DNA of 33,617 nt, from NCBI GenBank assembly GCA_947627335.1, contig CANQVQ010000003.1:1-33617 (forward strand). The letters run 5' to 3'. The notes beneath the pieces are model-generated. The model was not told the DNA's origin and made no database searches. It worked only from the letters and a program-made list of their open reading frames with translations. The translations under genes and the position numbers were made by a program. Of this stretch, positions 25,641-33,617 are shown piece after piece. Each line of letters begins with the position of its first letter. Position 1 is the first letter of the stretch. The stretch is from an uncultured Clostridia bacterium (GTDB taxonomy: Bacteria > Bacillota > Clostridia > Oscillospirales > CAG-382).

Positions 25641-28184
25641 ATGAACACGGAAAAGAACAGACCCGACGAGCCGCGACCCGTCCCCGACCGCATTCTCGTA
25701 CGCGGCGGACGCGTGCACAACCTCAAAAACATAAACGTCGACGTCCCGCTGCACAAAATCGTCGGCATCGCGGGCGTATCCGGCTCCGGCAAGTCCTCGC
25801 TCGCCCTCGGGATCCTGTACGCGGAGGGGTCGCGGCGGTACCTCGAATCCCTCTCGACCTATACGCGACGGCGCATGACGCAGGCGGAAAAGGCGCAGGT
25901 GGACGAGGTGCTGTACGTCCCGGCGGCGCTCGCGCTGCGCCAGCGTCCCGGCGTACCCGGGATCCGAAGCACCTTCGGGACCGGCACGGAGCTTCTCAAC
26001 AGCCTGCGGCTGCTGTTTTCCAGACTTGCAAGCCACCGCTGCCCGAACGGACACGGCGTGCCGCCCTCCCTGAACGTGGCGGCGGGTCTGCCGCTGGTCT
26101 GCCCGGTGTGCGGCGAGACCTTCTTCGCGCCGGGGGCGGAGGAGCTCGCGTTCAACAGCCAGGGCGCGTGCAGGACCTGCGACGGCACGGGCGTCGTGCG
26201 GACCGTGGACGAATCGACGCTGGTGCCGGACGAATCCCTGACCATCGACGAGGGCGCGGTCGCGCCGTGGCAGACGCTGATGTGGTCGCTGATGAAGGAC
26301 ATCGCCCGGGAAATGGGCGTGCGCACCGACGTGCCGTTCCGGGAGTTGACCGCGAAGGAGCGGGACATCGTGTTCCACGGTCCGGCGGTCAAAAAGAACA
26401 TCATCTACCAGAACAAGACGAGCGGCGCCGCCGGGGACATGGATTTCACCTATTTCAACGCCACCTACACGGTCGAAAACGCCCTCTCGAAGGTCAAGGA
26501 CGAAAAGGGTATGAAGCGGGTCGAAAAATTCCTGCGGCAGGACGTCTGCCCGGACTGCGGCGGGACGCGGCTGAGCGAAGCGGCGCGAGCGCCGAAACTG
26601 CGGGGGATCTCCCTCGCGGACGCCTGCAAAATGACGCTTGCCGAGCTGACCGACTGGGTGAACGGCGTCCCGGATTCCCTGCCCGCGGAGATGCGCCCGA
26701 TGGCGGAAAGCATCTGCGATTCCTTCCGTTCCGCATCGAAGCGCCTGACCGACCTCGGGCTTTCCTACCTCACGCTCGACCGTGCCGCCTCGACGCTCTC
26801 CACCGGCGAACGGCAGCGGATGCAGCTTGCCCGTGCGGTGCGAAACCGCACGACGGGCGTCCTCTACGTCCTCGACGAACCGTCCATCGGTCTGCACCCC
26901 TCCAACCTCGAAGGGCTGACCGGCGTGATGCGGGACCTGCTCGCGGACGGCAACACGGTCGTGCTCGTGGACCACGACGTGCAGGTGCTCGCCGAGGCGG
27001 ACTGGCTCATTGAACTGGGACCGGGCGCCGGGGCGGACGGCGGGACGGTCCTCGCGCAGGGTCCGCTCGCGGAGGTCGTCGGCGATCCGCGTTCCCGCAT
27101 CGGCGGATTCCTGGCGGGGAAGTCGTCGGTCCGCGTCGGTTCTCCCGTCGGGCGGGAGAGCCTGTTCGCGCACGGGCGGATCCACCTGTCCACGTCCGCG
27201 ATCCACACGGTCAAACCGCTGGAGGCGGACTTCCCGAAGGGGCGGCTGATCGCGGTGACGGGCGTTTCCGGCTCGGGAAAGACCACGCTGATCCTGGAAA
27301 GTCTGGTTCCCGCGTTGGAAGCGTCCGTGCGGGGCAGACCTTTGCCGAAGCACGTCAGATCGGTCTCCGCCGACGGCATTTCGCAGGTCAAACTGATCGA
27401 CGCGACGCCGATCGGGGTCAACGTGCGTTCCACGGTCGCGACCTACGCCGACGTCCACGACGAGCTGCGCAAGGTGTACGCGAAAACGCCGGACGCGAAG
27501 GCGCACGGACGGAAAGCCGGGGACTTCTCCTACAACACCGGCGCACTGCGCTGTCCGACCTGCGACGGCACGGGCAGCATCGATCTGGACGTGCAGTTCC
27601 TGCCGGACGTGGAGATCCCCTGCCCGGACTGCGGCGGCTCGCGCTACGCGAAGGAAGCGAGCCTGATCCGGCGGATCCCGCGCCATGGCGGGACCCCCTG
27701 CTCGCTGCCGGAACTGATGGACAAGAGCGTGGACGAGGCGCTGCGGTGTTGCGAGGACCTGCCGTTGGTCTCCAAACGGCTGCGCGTACTGCGGGACCTC
27801 GGGCTTGGATACCTGACGCTCGGCGAGGGGACGCCGGGGCTTTCGGGCGGCGAAGCGCAACGGCTCAAGCTCGCCGGTGAACTGGGAAAAGGGCAGGCGG
27901 ACACGGTGTTCGTGTTCGACGAACCGACCATCGGTCTGCATCCGCTGGACGTGGAGGTGCTGCTGCGCGTCTTTTCGACGCTGATCGCGTCCGGCGCGAC
28001 CGTCGTCGTCATCGAGCACGACCTGGACGTGATCCGCAACGCGGACTACGTCATCGACATGGGACCGGGCGGCGGCGCGGAGGGCGGCGAGATCGTCGCC
28101 TGCGGCACGCCGGAGGAACTCTGCGCCTGCGAACGCAGCAAGACCGGGTTTTACCTGAAAAAATACCTCTCGTCCGGGCGTTGA
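25641..28184 (+). CDS. uvrA: UvrA-family ABC ATPase (excinuclease ABC subunit A-like, probably a class II/DrrC-type paralogue)
   Basis: HNLKNI; two Walker A motifs (GVSGSGKS, GVSGSGKT); LYAEGSRRYLESLS; LSTGE and LSGGE signatures; DEPSIGLH and DEPTIGLH; Zn-finger CxxC pairs. Start re-called at ATG 25641 after AGGAGG because the track start lies inside the tRNA. 847 aa. Confidence 0.88.
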   Translation: MNTEKNRPDEPRPVPDRILVRGGRVHNLKNINVDVPLHKIVGIAGVSGSGKSSLALGILYAEGSRRYLESLSTYTRRRMTQAEKAQVDEVLYVPAALALRQRPGVPGIRSTFGTGTELLNSLRLLFSRLASHRCPNGHGVPPSLNVAAGLPLVCPVCGETFFAPGAEELAFNSQGACRTCDGTGVVRTVDESTLVPDESLTIDEGAVAPWQTLMWSLMKDIAREMGVRTDVPFRELTAKERDIVFHGPAVKKNIIYQNKTSGAAGDMDFTYFNATYTVENALSKVKDEKGMKRVEKFLRQDVCPDCGGTRLSEAARAPKLRGISLADACKMTLAELTDWVNGVPDSLPAEMRPMAESICDSFRSASKRLTDLGLSYLTLDRAASTLSTGERQRMQLARAVRNRTTGVLYVLDEPSIGLHPSNLEGLTGVMRDLLADGNTVVLVDHDVQVLAEADWLIELGPGAGADGGTVLAQGPLAEVVGDPRSRIGGFLAGKSSVRVGSPVGRESLFAHGRIHLSTSAIHTVKPLEADFPKGRLIAVTGVSGSGKTTLILESLVPALEASVRGRPLPKHVRSVSADGISQVKLIDATPIGVNVRSTVATYADVHDELRKVYAKTPDAKAHGRKAGDFSYNTGALRCPTCDGTGSIDLDVQFLPDVEIPCPDCGGSRYAKEASLIRRIPRHGGTPCSLPELMDKSVDEALRCCEDLPLVSKRLRVLRDLGLGYLTLGEGTPGLSGGEAQRLKLAGELGKGQADTVFVFDEPTIGLHPLDVEVLLRVFSTLIASGATVVVIEHDLDVIRNADYVIDMGPGGGAEGGEIVACGTPEELCACERSKTGFYLKKYLSSGR

Positions 28185-28197
28185 GGCGGTTTTCCCC

Positions 28198-28226
28198 TTG
28201 ACATCGCCACGCGGACGGCGTATACT
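28198..28226 (+). promoter_or_regulatory. sigmaA promoter
   Basis: TTGACA-17 bp-TATACT upstream of the aldo/keto reductase. Confidence 0.75.
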
Positions 28227-28253
28227 GGTTTTCGGAAAGGAGACGTGCGCACC

Positions 28254-29417
28254 ATGCTCTATCGACCCGACCGAAACGGCGAACCGATCTCCCAGCTCGG
28301 TTACGGCTGTATGCGGTTCACGAAAAAAGGGACCTCCATCGACTACGAAAAGGCGGAAAGGGAGGTCCTGCTCGCCATCGAACAGGGCGTCAACTACTTT
28401 GACACCGCCTACATCTACCCCGGCAGCGAGGAATGCCTCGGTCGGATCCTCGGCGAAAACGGGTGCCGCGACAAGGTGCGGATCGCGACCAAGCTCCCGC
28501 AATACCTGATCCGCTCGGGGGAGGCGGTCGAAAAGACCTTCCGCGAGGAGCTTTCCCGCCTGTGCACCGACCGGATCGACTACTATCTGATGCATATGTT
28601 CACCGATTTCGCCGAATGGGAGCGCCTGCGTGCGATCGGCATCGAGGATTGGATCGCCCGGAAGAAGGCGGAGGGGGCGGTGCGGAACATCGGATTTTCC
28701 TATCACGGCGACACCGCCATGTTCCTGCGTCTGCTGGACGCTTACGACTGGGATTTCTGCCAGATCCAGTACAACTACCTCGACGAGCACACCCAAGCCG
28801 GGCGGAAGGGACTGCAGGCGGCGTCGGCGAAGGGGATCCCGGTCATCGTTATGGAGCCCCTGCGCGGGGGCAAACTGGTCAACCTGCCGGAGAAGGCGAA
28901 GGAGGCGCTCGACGGCGCTTCGCCCGCCGAACTCGGTCTGCGCTGGCTGTGGGACCAGCCGGAAGTCACCTGCGTGCTGTCCGGCATGAATTCCGAGGAG
29001 ATGGTCCGCGAGAACATCCGCGTCGCGTCCGTTTCGTCGCCGGGGTGCTTCACGGAGGAAGATCGGGCGGTCGTCGAGAAGATCAAATCCGTCATTCGCG
29101 AGCGGGAGAAGGTCGGCTGCACCGGCTGTCGGTACTGTATGCCCTGCCCCAAGGGCGTGGACATCCCGGGCAATTTCTACTATTACAACCTGATGTACAT
29201 GGAGAAAAAGTCCTCCGCACGGTTGGAATTCGCCCAGAATTTAGGCATCCGCAAGGAGCCGGGCTTCGCGTCGCAGTGCGTCGGGTGCGGTCAGTGCGAG
29301 CGGCACTGCCCCCAGCATTTGCCGATCCGCGAAAAGCTCCGGGAAGCCGACCGCGCCCTGCGCCCGCTGCCCTATCGGCTCGGCATTCGCGCCGCACGGA
29401 AGATCATCCTTCGCTGA
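28254..29417 (+). CDS. Aldo/keto reductase with C-terminal 4Fe-4S dicluster domain
   Basis: LGYGCMRF, NYFDTAYIY, IATKLP and VMEPLRGG motifs; CTGCRYCMPCP and CVGCGQCERHCPQ. RBS spacing favours ATG 28254 over GTG 28245. Confidence 0.93.
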   Translation: MLYRPDRNGEPISQLGYGCMRFTKKGTSIDYEKAEREVLLAIEQGVNYFDTAYIYPGSEECLGRILGENGCRDKVRIATKLPQYLIRSGEAVEKTFREELSRLCTDRIDYYLMHMFTDFAEWERLRAIGIEDWIARKKAEGAVRNIGFSYHGDTAMFLRLLDAYDWDFCQIQYNYLDEHTQAGRKGLQAASAKGIPVIVMEPLRGGKLVNLPEKAKEALDGASPAELGLRWLWDQPEVTCVLSGMNSEEMVRENIRVASVSSPGCFTEEDRAVVEKIKSVIREREKVGCTGCRYCMPCPKGVDIPGNFYYYNLMYMEKKSSARLEFAQNLGIRKEPGFASQCVGCGQCERHCPQHLPIREKLREADRALRPLPYRLGIRAARKIILR

Positions 29418-29469
29418 ACGTTTTCGTCTTGCAATTCTGTCAAAATTTTCCTTTTAAGGAGGACATTTT

Positions 29470-29889
29470 ATGAATCCAATCGTTTCGGGTATGGGGTTCC
29501 ACCACGTCGCGCTGCGCGCAAGGTCGTTCGACGAGAGCGTCCGTTTCTACGAAGCCATCGGCTGCAAGGTCAGGATCGCGTGGGGGAGCGGCGAAAACCG
29601 TGCCGCCATGATCGACCTCGGCGACGGCGGCTGCGTCGAGCTGTTCAGCGGCGGCGCGGAAGCGGCGACCGAGTCCGACGTGCGGTACGGGGAATGGCTG
29701 CACCTCGCCGTGACCTGCGACGACCCGGACGCGGCGTTCGCGGCGGCGGTGGACGCGGGCGCGAAGGTCAAGTACGCGCCCTACGACGTGGACCTTTCGT
29801 CCGACCCGCCCTTGCCGTTGCGGATCGCCTTCGTGTACGGTCCGAACGGCGAGGTCATCGAGTTTTTCCACGTCCGGAAAAAAGAATAG
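29470..29889 (+). CDS. VOC/glyoxalase-family protein
   Basis: FHHVALR...VELF...LHLAV...GPNGEVIEF metal-ligand pattern; AAGGAGG RBS. Confidence 0.92.
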   Translation: MNPIVSGMGFHHVALRARSFDESVRFYEAIGCKVRIAWGSGENRAAMIDLGDGGCVELFSGGAEAATESDVRYGEWLHLAVTCDDPDAAFAAAVDAGAKVKYAPYDVDLSSDPPLPLRIAFVYGPNGEVIEFFHVRKKE

Positions 29890-29891
29890 AA

Positions 29892-29923
29892 AGAAAAAGG
29901 GACCTTGCCGGTCCCTTCTTTTT
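29892..29923. terminator. Bidirectional terminator
   Basis: AGAAAAAGGGACC-TTGCC-GGTCCCTTCTTTTT between convergent genes. Confidence 0.7.
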
Positions 29924-29945
29924 CACGCCGCTTATCGACGGCAAG

Positions 29946-30656
29946 TCATTCCGTCGCTTCCAAAAAGGCGCGAAGCGCGGCAAAATCCCCGTGCGGGACG
30001 TCCGAAAGATCGCGTTCCTTGCGGTTGATCAGGCAGTCCGTCAGCAGGAACACCTCCATTCCCGCGTCCCTCGCCGCGAGGTCCTCCTCGGCGTCGTTGC
30101 CGACCGTCAGGCAGTCCGCCGGGTCCGTCCCGAGCCGACGGGCGACCTCGGTGAAGTAGGCGGGATTCGGCTTGCACAGCCCGATGTTCTCGTAGGTCGT
30201 ACACAGGGCGAAATCCTCCGGCGCAAGCCCCGCCCAGCGGATCCGCAGCTCCGTCGCGACCCGCGGGAAGATCGGATTGGTCGCGAGCGCGACGGTCCAC
30301 CCCTTCGCCTTGCAGAATGCGACGGTTTCCCGTGCTTCCGGCGCAAATCCGCAGAACGCCTGCGCTTCGTCGAATTCCTCCCGGTAGAATTCCTCGAACA
30401 GCTCCCGGTCGCGGTCCACCCGCTCACCGAGCAGTTCGGCAAATCGCCGCCAGAAGGCGCTTTCGTTGCTTTCGCGTCCGTCGTTGGCGACCATGGCGGC
30501 GGTCCCGCCCCAGATCGCGTCGATAAGCCGCTTCGGTTCGTACCCGTGCGGGGCGAGCTTCTTTGCCAGCAGTCGGAAGTACCCCCCGGTGAATTCGTCC
30601 TGCTCCATCGGCAGGAGCGTCCCGTCAAGGTCAAACAGCACCGCTTTCCGTTTCAA
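29946..30656 (-). CDS. HAD-family hydrolase
   Basis: LFDLDGTLL, LATNP, CKPNP and VGNDAEED motifs. TTG start at 30656 after GGAGGT; own promoter TTGACA (30712-30707)-17 bp-TATACT (30689-30684). Confidence 0.9.
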   Translation of the reverse strand: MKRKAVLFDLDGTLLPMEQDEFTGGYFRLLAKKLAPHGYEPKRLIDAIWGGTAAMVANDGRESNESAFWRRFAELLGERVDRDRELFEEFYREEFDEAQAFCGFAPEARETVAFCKAKGWTVALATNPIFPRVATELRIRWAGLAPEDFALCTTYENIGLCKPNPAYFTEVARRLGTDPADCLTVGNDAEEDLAARDAGMEVFLLTDCLINRKERDLSDVPHGDFAALRAFLEATE

Positions 30657-30714
30657 TTCCGCACCTCCGTTCGTTTCGGTTTCAGTATACCATGTTCGTC
30701 GGGATTTGTCAACC

Positions 30715-30742
30715 AAAAAAGGACCCCGAAGGGTCCCTTTTT
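30715..30742 (-). terminator. Terminator after the PepSY gene
   Basis: AAAAAAGGACCC-CGAA-GGGTCCCTTTTT hairpin flanked by A and T tracts. Confidence 0.75.
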
Positions 30743-30749
30743 GGAGGAT

Positions 30750-32600
30750 TCAGTCGTCGTTGTCGATGTCGAAATCCAGAATTTTCCCGGTTTCCGCGTC
30801 GATCGTGAATTCATACTCCAGACCGTTCGCACGGAACTCGATCTCGTACTCCAGACGACCGTCGTCGCGCTCCAGCTTCGAGCGGTAGCCGGTGATCTCG
30901 CTCTCGGACAGTTTCGCCTTTTCGAGGGCGATCTGCTTCGCCTGCGCCTCGGAGACGGTCGCCGTCCCGGTGCTTCCGCCGGACGTCGAATGGTGCGACG
31001 AGCGGTGGTCTTCCGTCTCATAGGAAAGGATTTTGCCGGTCCCCGCGTCGACGGTGTAGTCGTACTCGGTCGTTCCGACATAGAATTCGATTTCGTACTC
31101 CTTGCGGCCGTCGTCGTAGTCGGCTTTGCAGCGGTAGTTGGTGATGTCCGCTTCTTTTACGCCCGCGTGCGTCAGGACGGTCGCCTTCGCCTGCGCCTCG
31201 GAGACGGTCGCCGTCCCGGTGCTCCCGTCGGACGACGAATGGTGCGACGAGTGGTGGTCTTCCGTCTCGTAGGAGAGGATCCTGCCGGTCGACGCGTCGA
31301 CGGTGTACTCATACTCGGTCGTTCCGACGTAGAATTCGATCTCGTACTCCTTGCGACCGTCGTCGTAGTCGGTCTTGCAGCGGTAGTTCGTAATATCCGC
31401 TTCCGCGACGCCCGCGTGCTTCAGGACGGTCGCCTTCGCTTCCGCCTCGGTGACGGACGTGTCGGACGGGGTGTTTCCGCCGGACGTCGTGCCGGACGTC
31501 GTGGAGGACGAGGTCTTGTGCTCGTCGCGTTCGTAGGAGAGGATGGCACCGTTCGACGCGTCGACCGTGTAGTCATACTCGGTCGTTCCGACGTAGAATT
31601 CGATCTTATATTCCGTGCGACCGTCGTCGGTGTCGATCTTGCAGCGGTAGTTGGAAATATCCGCTTCCGCGACGCCGGAATGCGCCAGGACGGTCGCCTT
31701 TGCTTCCGCTTCGGTGACGGACGTGTCGGACGGGGACGTCGTGGAGGACGAAGTCTTGTGCTCGTCGCGCTCGTAGGAGAGGATTGCCCCGTTCGACGCG
31801 TCGATCGTGTAGTCGTATTCGGTCGTTCCGACGTAGAATTCGATCTTATATTCCTTGCGACCGTCGTCGGTGTCGATCTTGCAGCGGTAGTTGGAAATAT
31901 CCGCTTCCGCGACGCCGGAATGCCGCAGGACGACCGCTTTCGCTTCCGCCTCGGTGACGGAGGTGTCGGGCGGGGTGGTTCCGTCGACGATCCCGCAGGA
32001 CGGGTCCGTGTGTTCTTCCGTCTCGTGGGAGAGGATCTTGCCGGTTTCCGCGTCGACGGTGTAGTCGTATTCGGTCGTACCGACGCAGAATTCGATCTCA
32101 TATTCCTTGCGGCCGTCGTCGTAGTCGATTTCGCAGCGGTAGTTCGTGACATCCGCTTCCGCGACGCCGGCGTGCGTCAGGACGGTCGTTTTCGCTTCCG
32201 CTTCGGTGACGGTCGTGCCGGACGGGGTATTTTCGCCGGACGTCGTGCCGGTGGGTGCGGTGCTGCCGGTCGGCTGCACCGGCGCGTCGCTTTCAAAGTG
32301 CAGCACTTCGCCGGTCACGGCGTCGATCTCGCAGTCGTATTCGACCGAGCCGACCCAGAATTCCACGTCCCACTCGTCCCGACCGGTTTCGCGGTCGAAC
32401 ACGGCTCTCTTTTGGGTGACGGCGGTTTCCGTCACGTTCGCGTGCGCCAGAGCGATGCGGTAGGCTTCGTCCTCGCCGATGGGATCCGACGCCGCCGGGG
32501 ACGTCGTATTGGACGAGGCGCTGATGACCAGCACGAGGCTCCCTGCCGCGAGCAGGACCACCACGGCGGCGATGACGATGATAAGAATGGTTTTACGCAT
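30750..32600 (-). CDS. Membrane-anchored or secreted protein with seven tandem PepSY domains
   Basis: N-terminal hydrophobic segment, then seven copies resembling VTEAEAK..VL.HAGV...DDGRKEYEIEF....EYDYTVDA.TG.IL, joined by Ser/Thr/His-rich linkers. Confidence 0.9.
   Translation of the reverse strand: MRKTILIIVIAAVVVLLAAGSLVLVISASSNTTSPAASDPIGEDEAYRIALAHANVTETAVTQKRAVFDRETGRDEWDVEFWVGSVEYDCEIDAVTGEVLHFESDAPVQPTGSTAPTGTTSGENTPSGTTVTEAEAKTTVLTHAGVAEADVTNYRCEIDYDDGRKEYEIEFCVGTTEYDYTVDAETGKILSHETEEHTDPSCGIVDGTTPPDTSVTEAEAKAVVLRHSGVAEADISNYRCKIDTDDGRKEYKIEFYVGTTEYDYTIDASNGAILSYERDEHKTSSSTTSPSDTSVTEAEAKATVLAHSGVAEADISNYRCKIDTDDGRTEYKIEFYVGTTEYDYTVDASNGAILSYERDEHKTSSSTTSGTTSGGNTPSDTSVTEAEAKATVLKHAGVAEADITNYRCKTDYDDGRKEYEIEFYVGTTEYEYTVDASTGRILSYETEDHHSSHHSSSDGSTGTATVSEAQAKATVLTHAGVKEADITNYRCKADYDDGRKEYEIEFYVGTTEYDYTVDAGTGKILSYETEDHRSSHHSTSGGSTGTATVSEAQAKQIALEKAKLSESEITGYRSKLERDDGRLEYEIEFRANGLEYEFTIDAETGKILDFDIDNDD
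30936..32220 (-). repeat. Nucleotide-level tandem repeats (about 240-270 bp) encoding PepSY units
   Basis: 31501-31740 and 31741-31980 are near-identical at a 240-bp period; a segment at 30936 recurs at 31185 (249-bp period). Confidence 0.85.
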
Positions 32601-32786
32601 GGTTCTTTTTCTCCTTTTTTGGGGTTGGGTTTTCCTCTTTTCGCCCTTATCTTACCACGCGAACATGAGAGGAAGATGAAGAAACCGAAGTTTTTGAAAA
32701 ATTTTTTTTGCTTGACAAAATTCTCGCCGTATGGTAGAATGTGCTTGTCGGGAAATGCAGAAAAAAACGGAAAGGCGGGAAGAACC

Positions 32787-33011
32787 ATGCGGAACCAACC
32801 GGTCGAGGAGATCGAACGCGTCTGCGCCTACTGCGAGCACGCGACGCTGCTTGCGGGGGAGACGGCGTGCGTCTGCGACAAGCGCGGCGTCGTCCGGGCG
32901 GACGGGTGCTGCCGCCGGTTCCGTGCGGACCTGCTGAAGCTGCGCCCGCACCTGCCCCGTCTGCCGGAGGAAACGGATTGGTCGATGGATACGTTTACGA
33001 TCGAACCGTAA
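32787..33011 (+). CDS. Small Cys-rich hypothetical protein (74 aa)
   Basis: MRNQPVEEIERVCAYCEHA...CVCDKRGVV...CCRRF. Own promoter TTGACA (32712)-17 bp-TAGAAT (32735) and a purine-rich RBS. In the track it is only the tail of a long shadow ORF. Confidence 0.7.
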   Translation: MRNQPVEEIERVCAYCEHATLLAGETACVCDKRGVVRADGCCRRFRADLLKLRPHLPRLPEETDWSMDTFTIEP

Positions 33012-33040
33012 AGATTCGGGAAAAATTTCTGCAAAAGGAC

Positions 33041-33068
33041 TTGACAAATCGAGAGAATCGTGTATAAT
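33041..33068 (+). promoter_or_regulatory. Promoter of tRNA-Leu (GAG)
   Basis: TTGACA-16 bp-TATAAT followed by a GC-rich leader. Confidence 0.75.
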
Positions 33069-33113
33069 GGTAAATGTGCCGCGTCCGGAAGGCTGCGGCG
33101 CAAAAAATGCCAC

Positions 33114-33197
33114 GCGGCTGTGGCGGAATTGGCAGACGCGCACGTTTGAGGGGCGTGTGGTTTATCCGTATGGGTTCAAGTCCCATCAGCCGCACCA
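33114..33197 (+). tRNA. tRNA-Leu (GAG)
   Basis: GCGGCTGTGGCGGAATTGGCAGACGCGCACGT-TTGAGGG-GCGTGTGGTTTATCCGTATGGGTTCAAGTCCCATCAGCCGCACCA: anticodon GAG, encoded CCA. Confidence 0.95.
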
Positions 33198-33231
33198 AAA
33201 ATCGGCAAGGCGAAAGCCTTGCCGATTTTTT
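33197..33231. terminator. Bidirectional terminator after tRNA-Leu
   Basis: AAAAATCGGCAAGG-CGAAAG-CCTTGCCGATTTTT perfect stem. Confidence 0.8.
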
Positions 33232-33277
33232 AACGCTTCACGCTTCACGTATGTACGGGGGAGAAAGCAATTGTGTT

Positions 33278-33617
33278 TCATGCCCCGTTTTTCTCTATTT
33301 TTATTTTAATATCGCCCGTATCCGTAGTGATCTCACATCTGCCTCCGTCTGTCGTTTTGGGAACGTCAATACGCCCCGTATCGGTTTGCGTTATAAACAC
33401 CTTATCGGTAAGCAAACTGCCTGTAACATCGCCTGTATCCGTTTTGACGAAAATCTCAGCAGCATCCGAGCCGTCAAACTTCACATCGCCCGTGCTTCTC
33501 TCGATAGAAAATTTTTCTGTGGCAATAACATTATTCAAATAAATATCTCCCGTACTTCCGCTTGAGATAACATTTTTGCACCGGGTATCGGACAGATATG
33601 TTTTGCCCGTTGATACG
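33278..33617 (-). CDS. DUF4097-family beta-strand repeat protein, C-terminal part (5' end outside the window)
   Basis: Frame is open to the window edge: VSTGKTYL...GSTGDIYL...RSTGDVKF...TDTGDVTG...TDTGRIDV...TDTGDIKI. Confidence 0.85.
   Translation of the reverse strand, partial: VSTGKTYLSDTRCKNVISSGSTGDIYLNNVIATEKFSIERSTGDVKFDGSDAAEIFVKTDTGDVTGSLLTDKVFITQTDTGRIDVPKTTDGGRCEITTDTGDIKIKIEKNGA

Noticed and set aside
25623-28796. 1057-aa minus-strand ORF
   Set aside because: Antisense shadow of the UvrA-like and aldo/keto reductase genes, expected with GC-rich codon bias; no recognisable motifs.
30936-32220. Repeats as a CRISPR array or a DGR template/variable pair
   Set aside because: Units are about 240-270 bp, in frame and protein-coding, with no repeat-spacer pattern, and there is no cas or reverse-transcriptase gene in the window.
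29580-32786. Main body of the 1143-aa plus-strand ORF with apparent repeats
   Set aside because: Overlaps the VOC gene out of frame and is antisense to the HAD and PepSY genes, whose repeats it mirrors. Only the last 74 codons look like a real gene.
25439-33197. Segment between the two tRNA-Leu genes as an integrated element
   Set aside because: The shared GTGGCGGAATTGGCAGACGCG is ordinary D-arm conservation. Anticodons and 3' ends differ, both tRNAs are complete, and no integrase is present.

Overview
GC-rich chromosomal window, probably from a Clostridia/Oscillospiraceae-like Bacillota (inferred from sigmaA-type TTGACA-17-TATAAT promoters, strong GGAGG ribosome-binding sites and gene content). 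It holds about 30 CDS and three tRNAs (Pro-GGG, Leu-TAG, Leu-GAG). In order: a LytTR response regulator with an apparently sensor-less GHKL kinase; an ABC ATPase/permease/lipoprotein module; a TetR-HdeD-MMPL-YhgE/Pip-like-DAGK cluster; a double zinc-ribbon membrane protein behind a long structured leader; a TetR-cyclophilin-like-CMD/cupin operon; a SifR/YwnA-type Rrf2 regulator with two TGTAA-N9-TTACA boxes over a cupin promoter; an OmpR/HAMP two-component system with two membrane proteins; a Zn-macrodomain plus class-M sirtuin (SirTM) pair without the usual GcvH-L/LplA2 partners; Gfo/Idh/MocA and HAD enzymes; a lone GIY-YIG/DUF4357(RAMA)-like nuclease between two tRNAs; a class II UvrA-like ATPase; an Fe-S aldo/keto reductase; a VOC protein; a 7x PepSY repeat protein; a small Cys-rich protein; and a partial DUF4097 gene. 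I saw no CRISPR array, integrase or transposase. All family calls come from motif recognition by eye, not from database searches.
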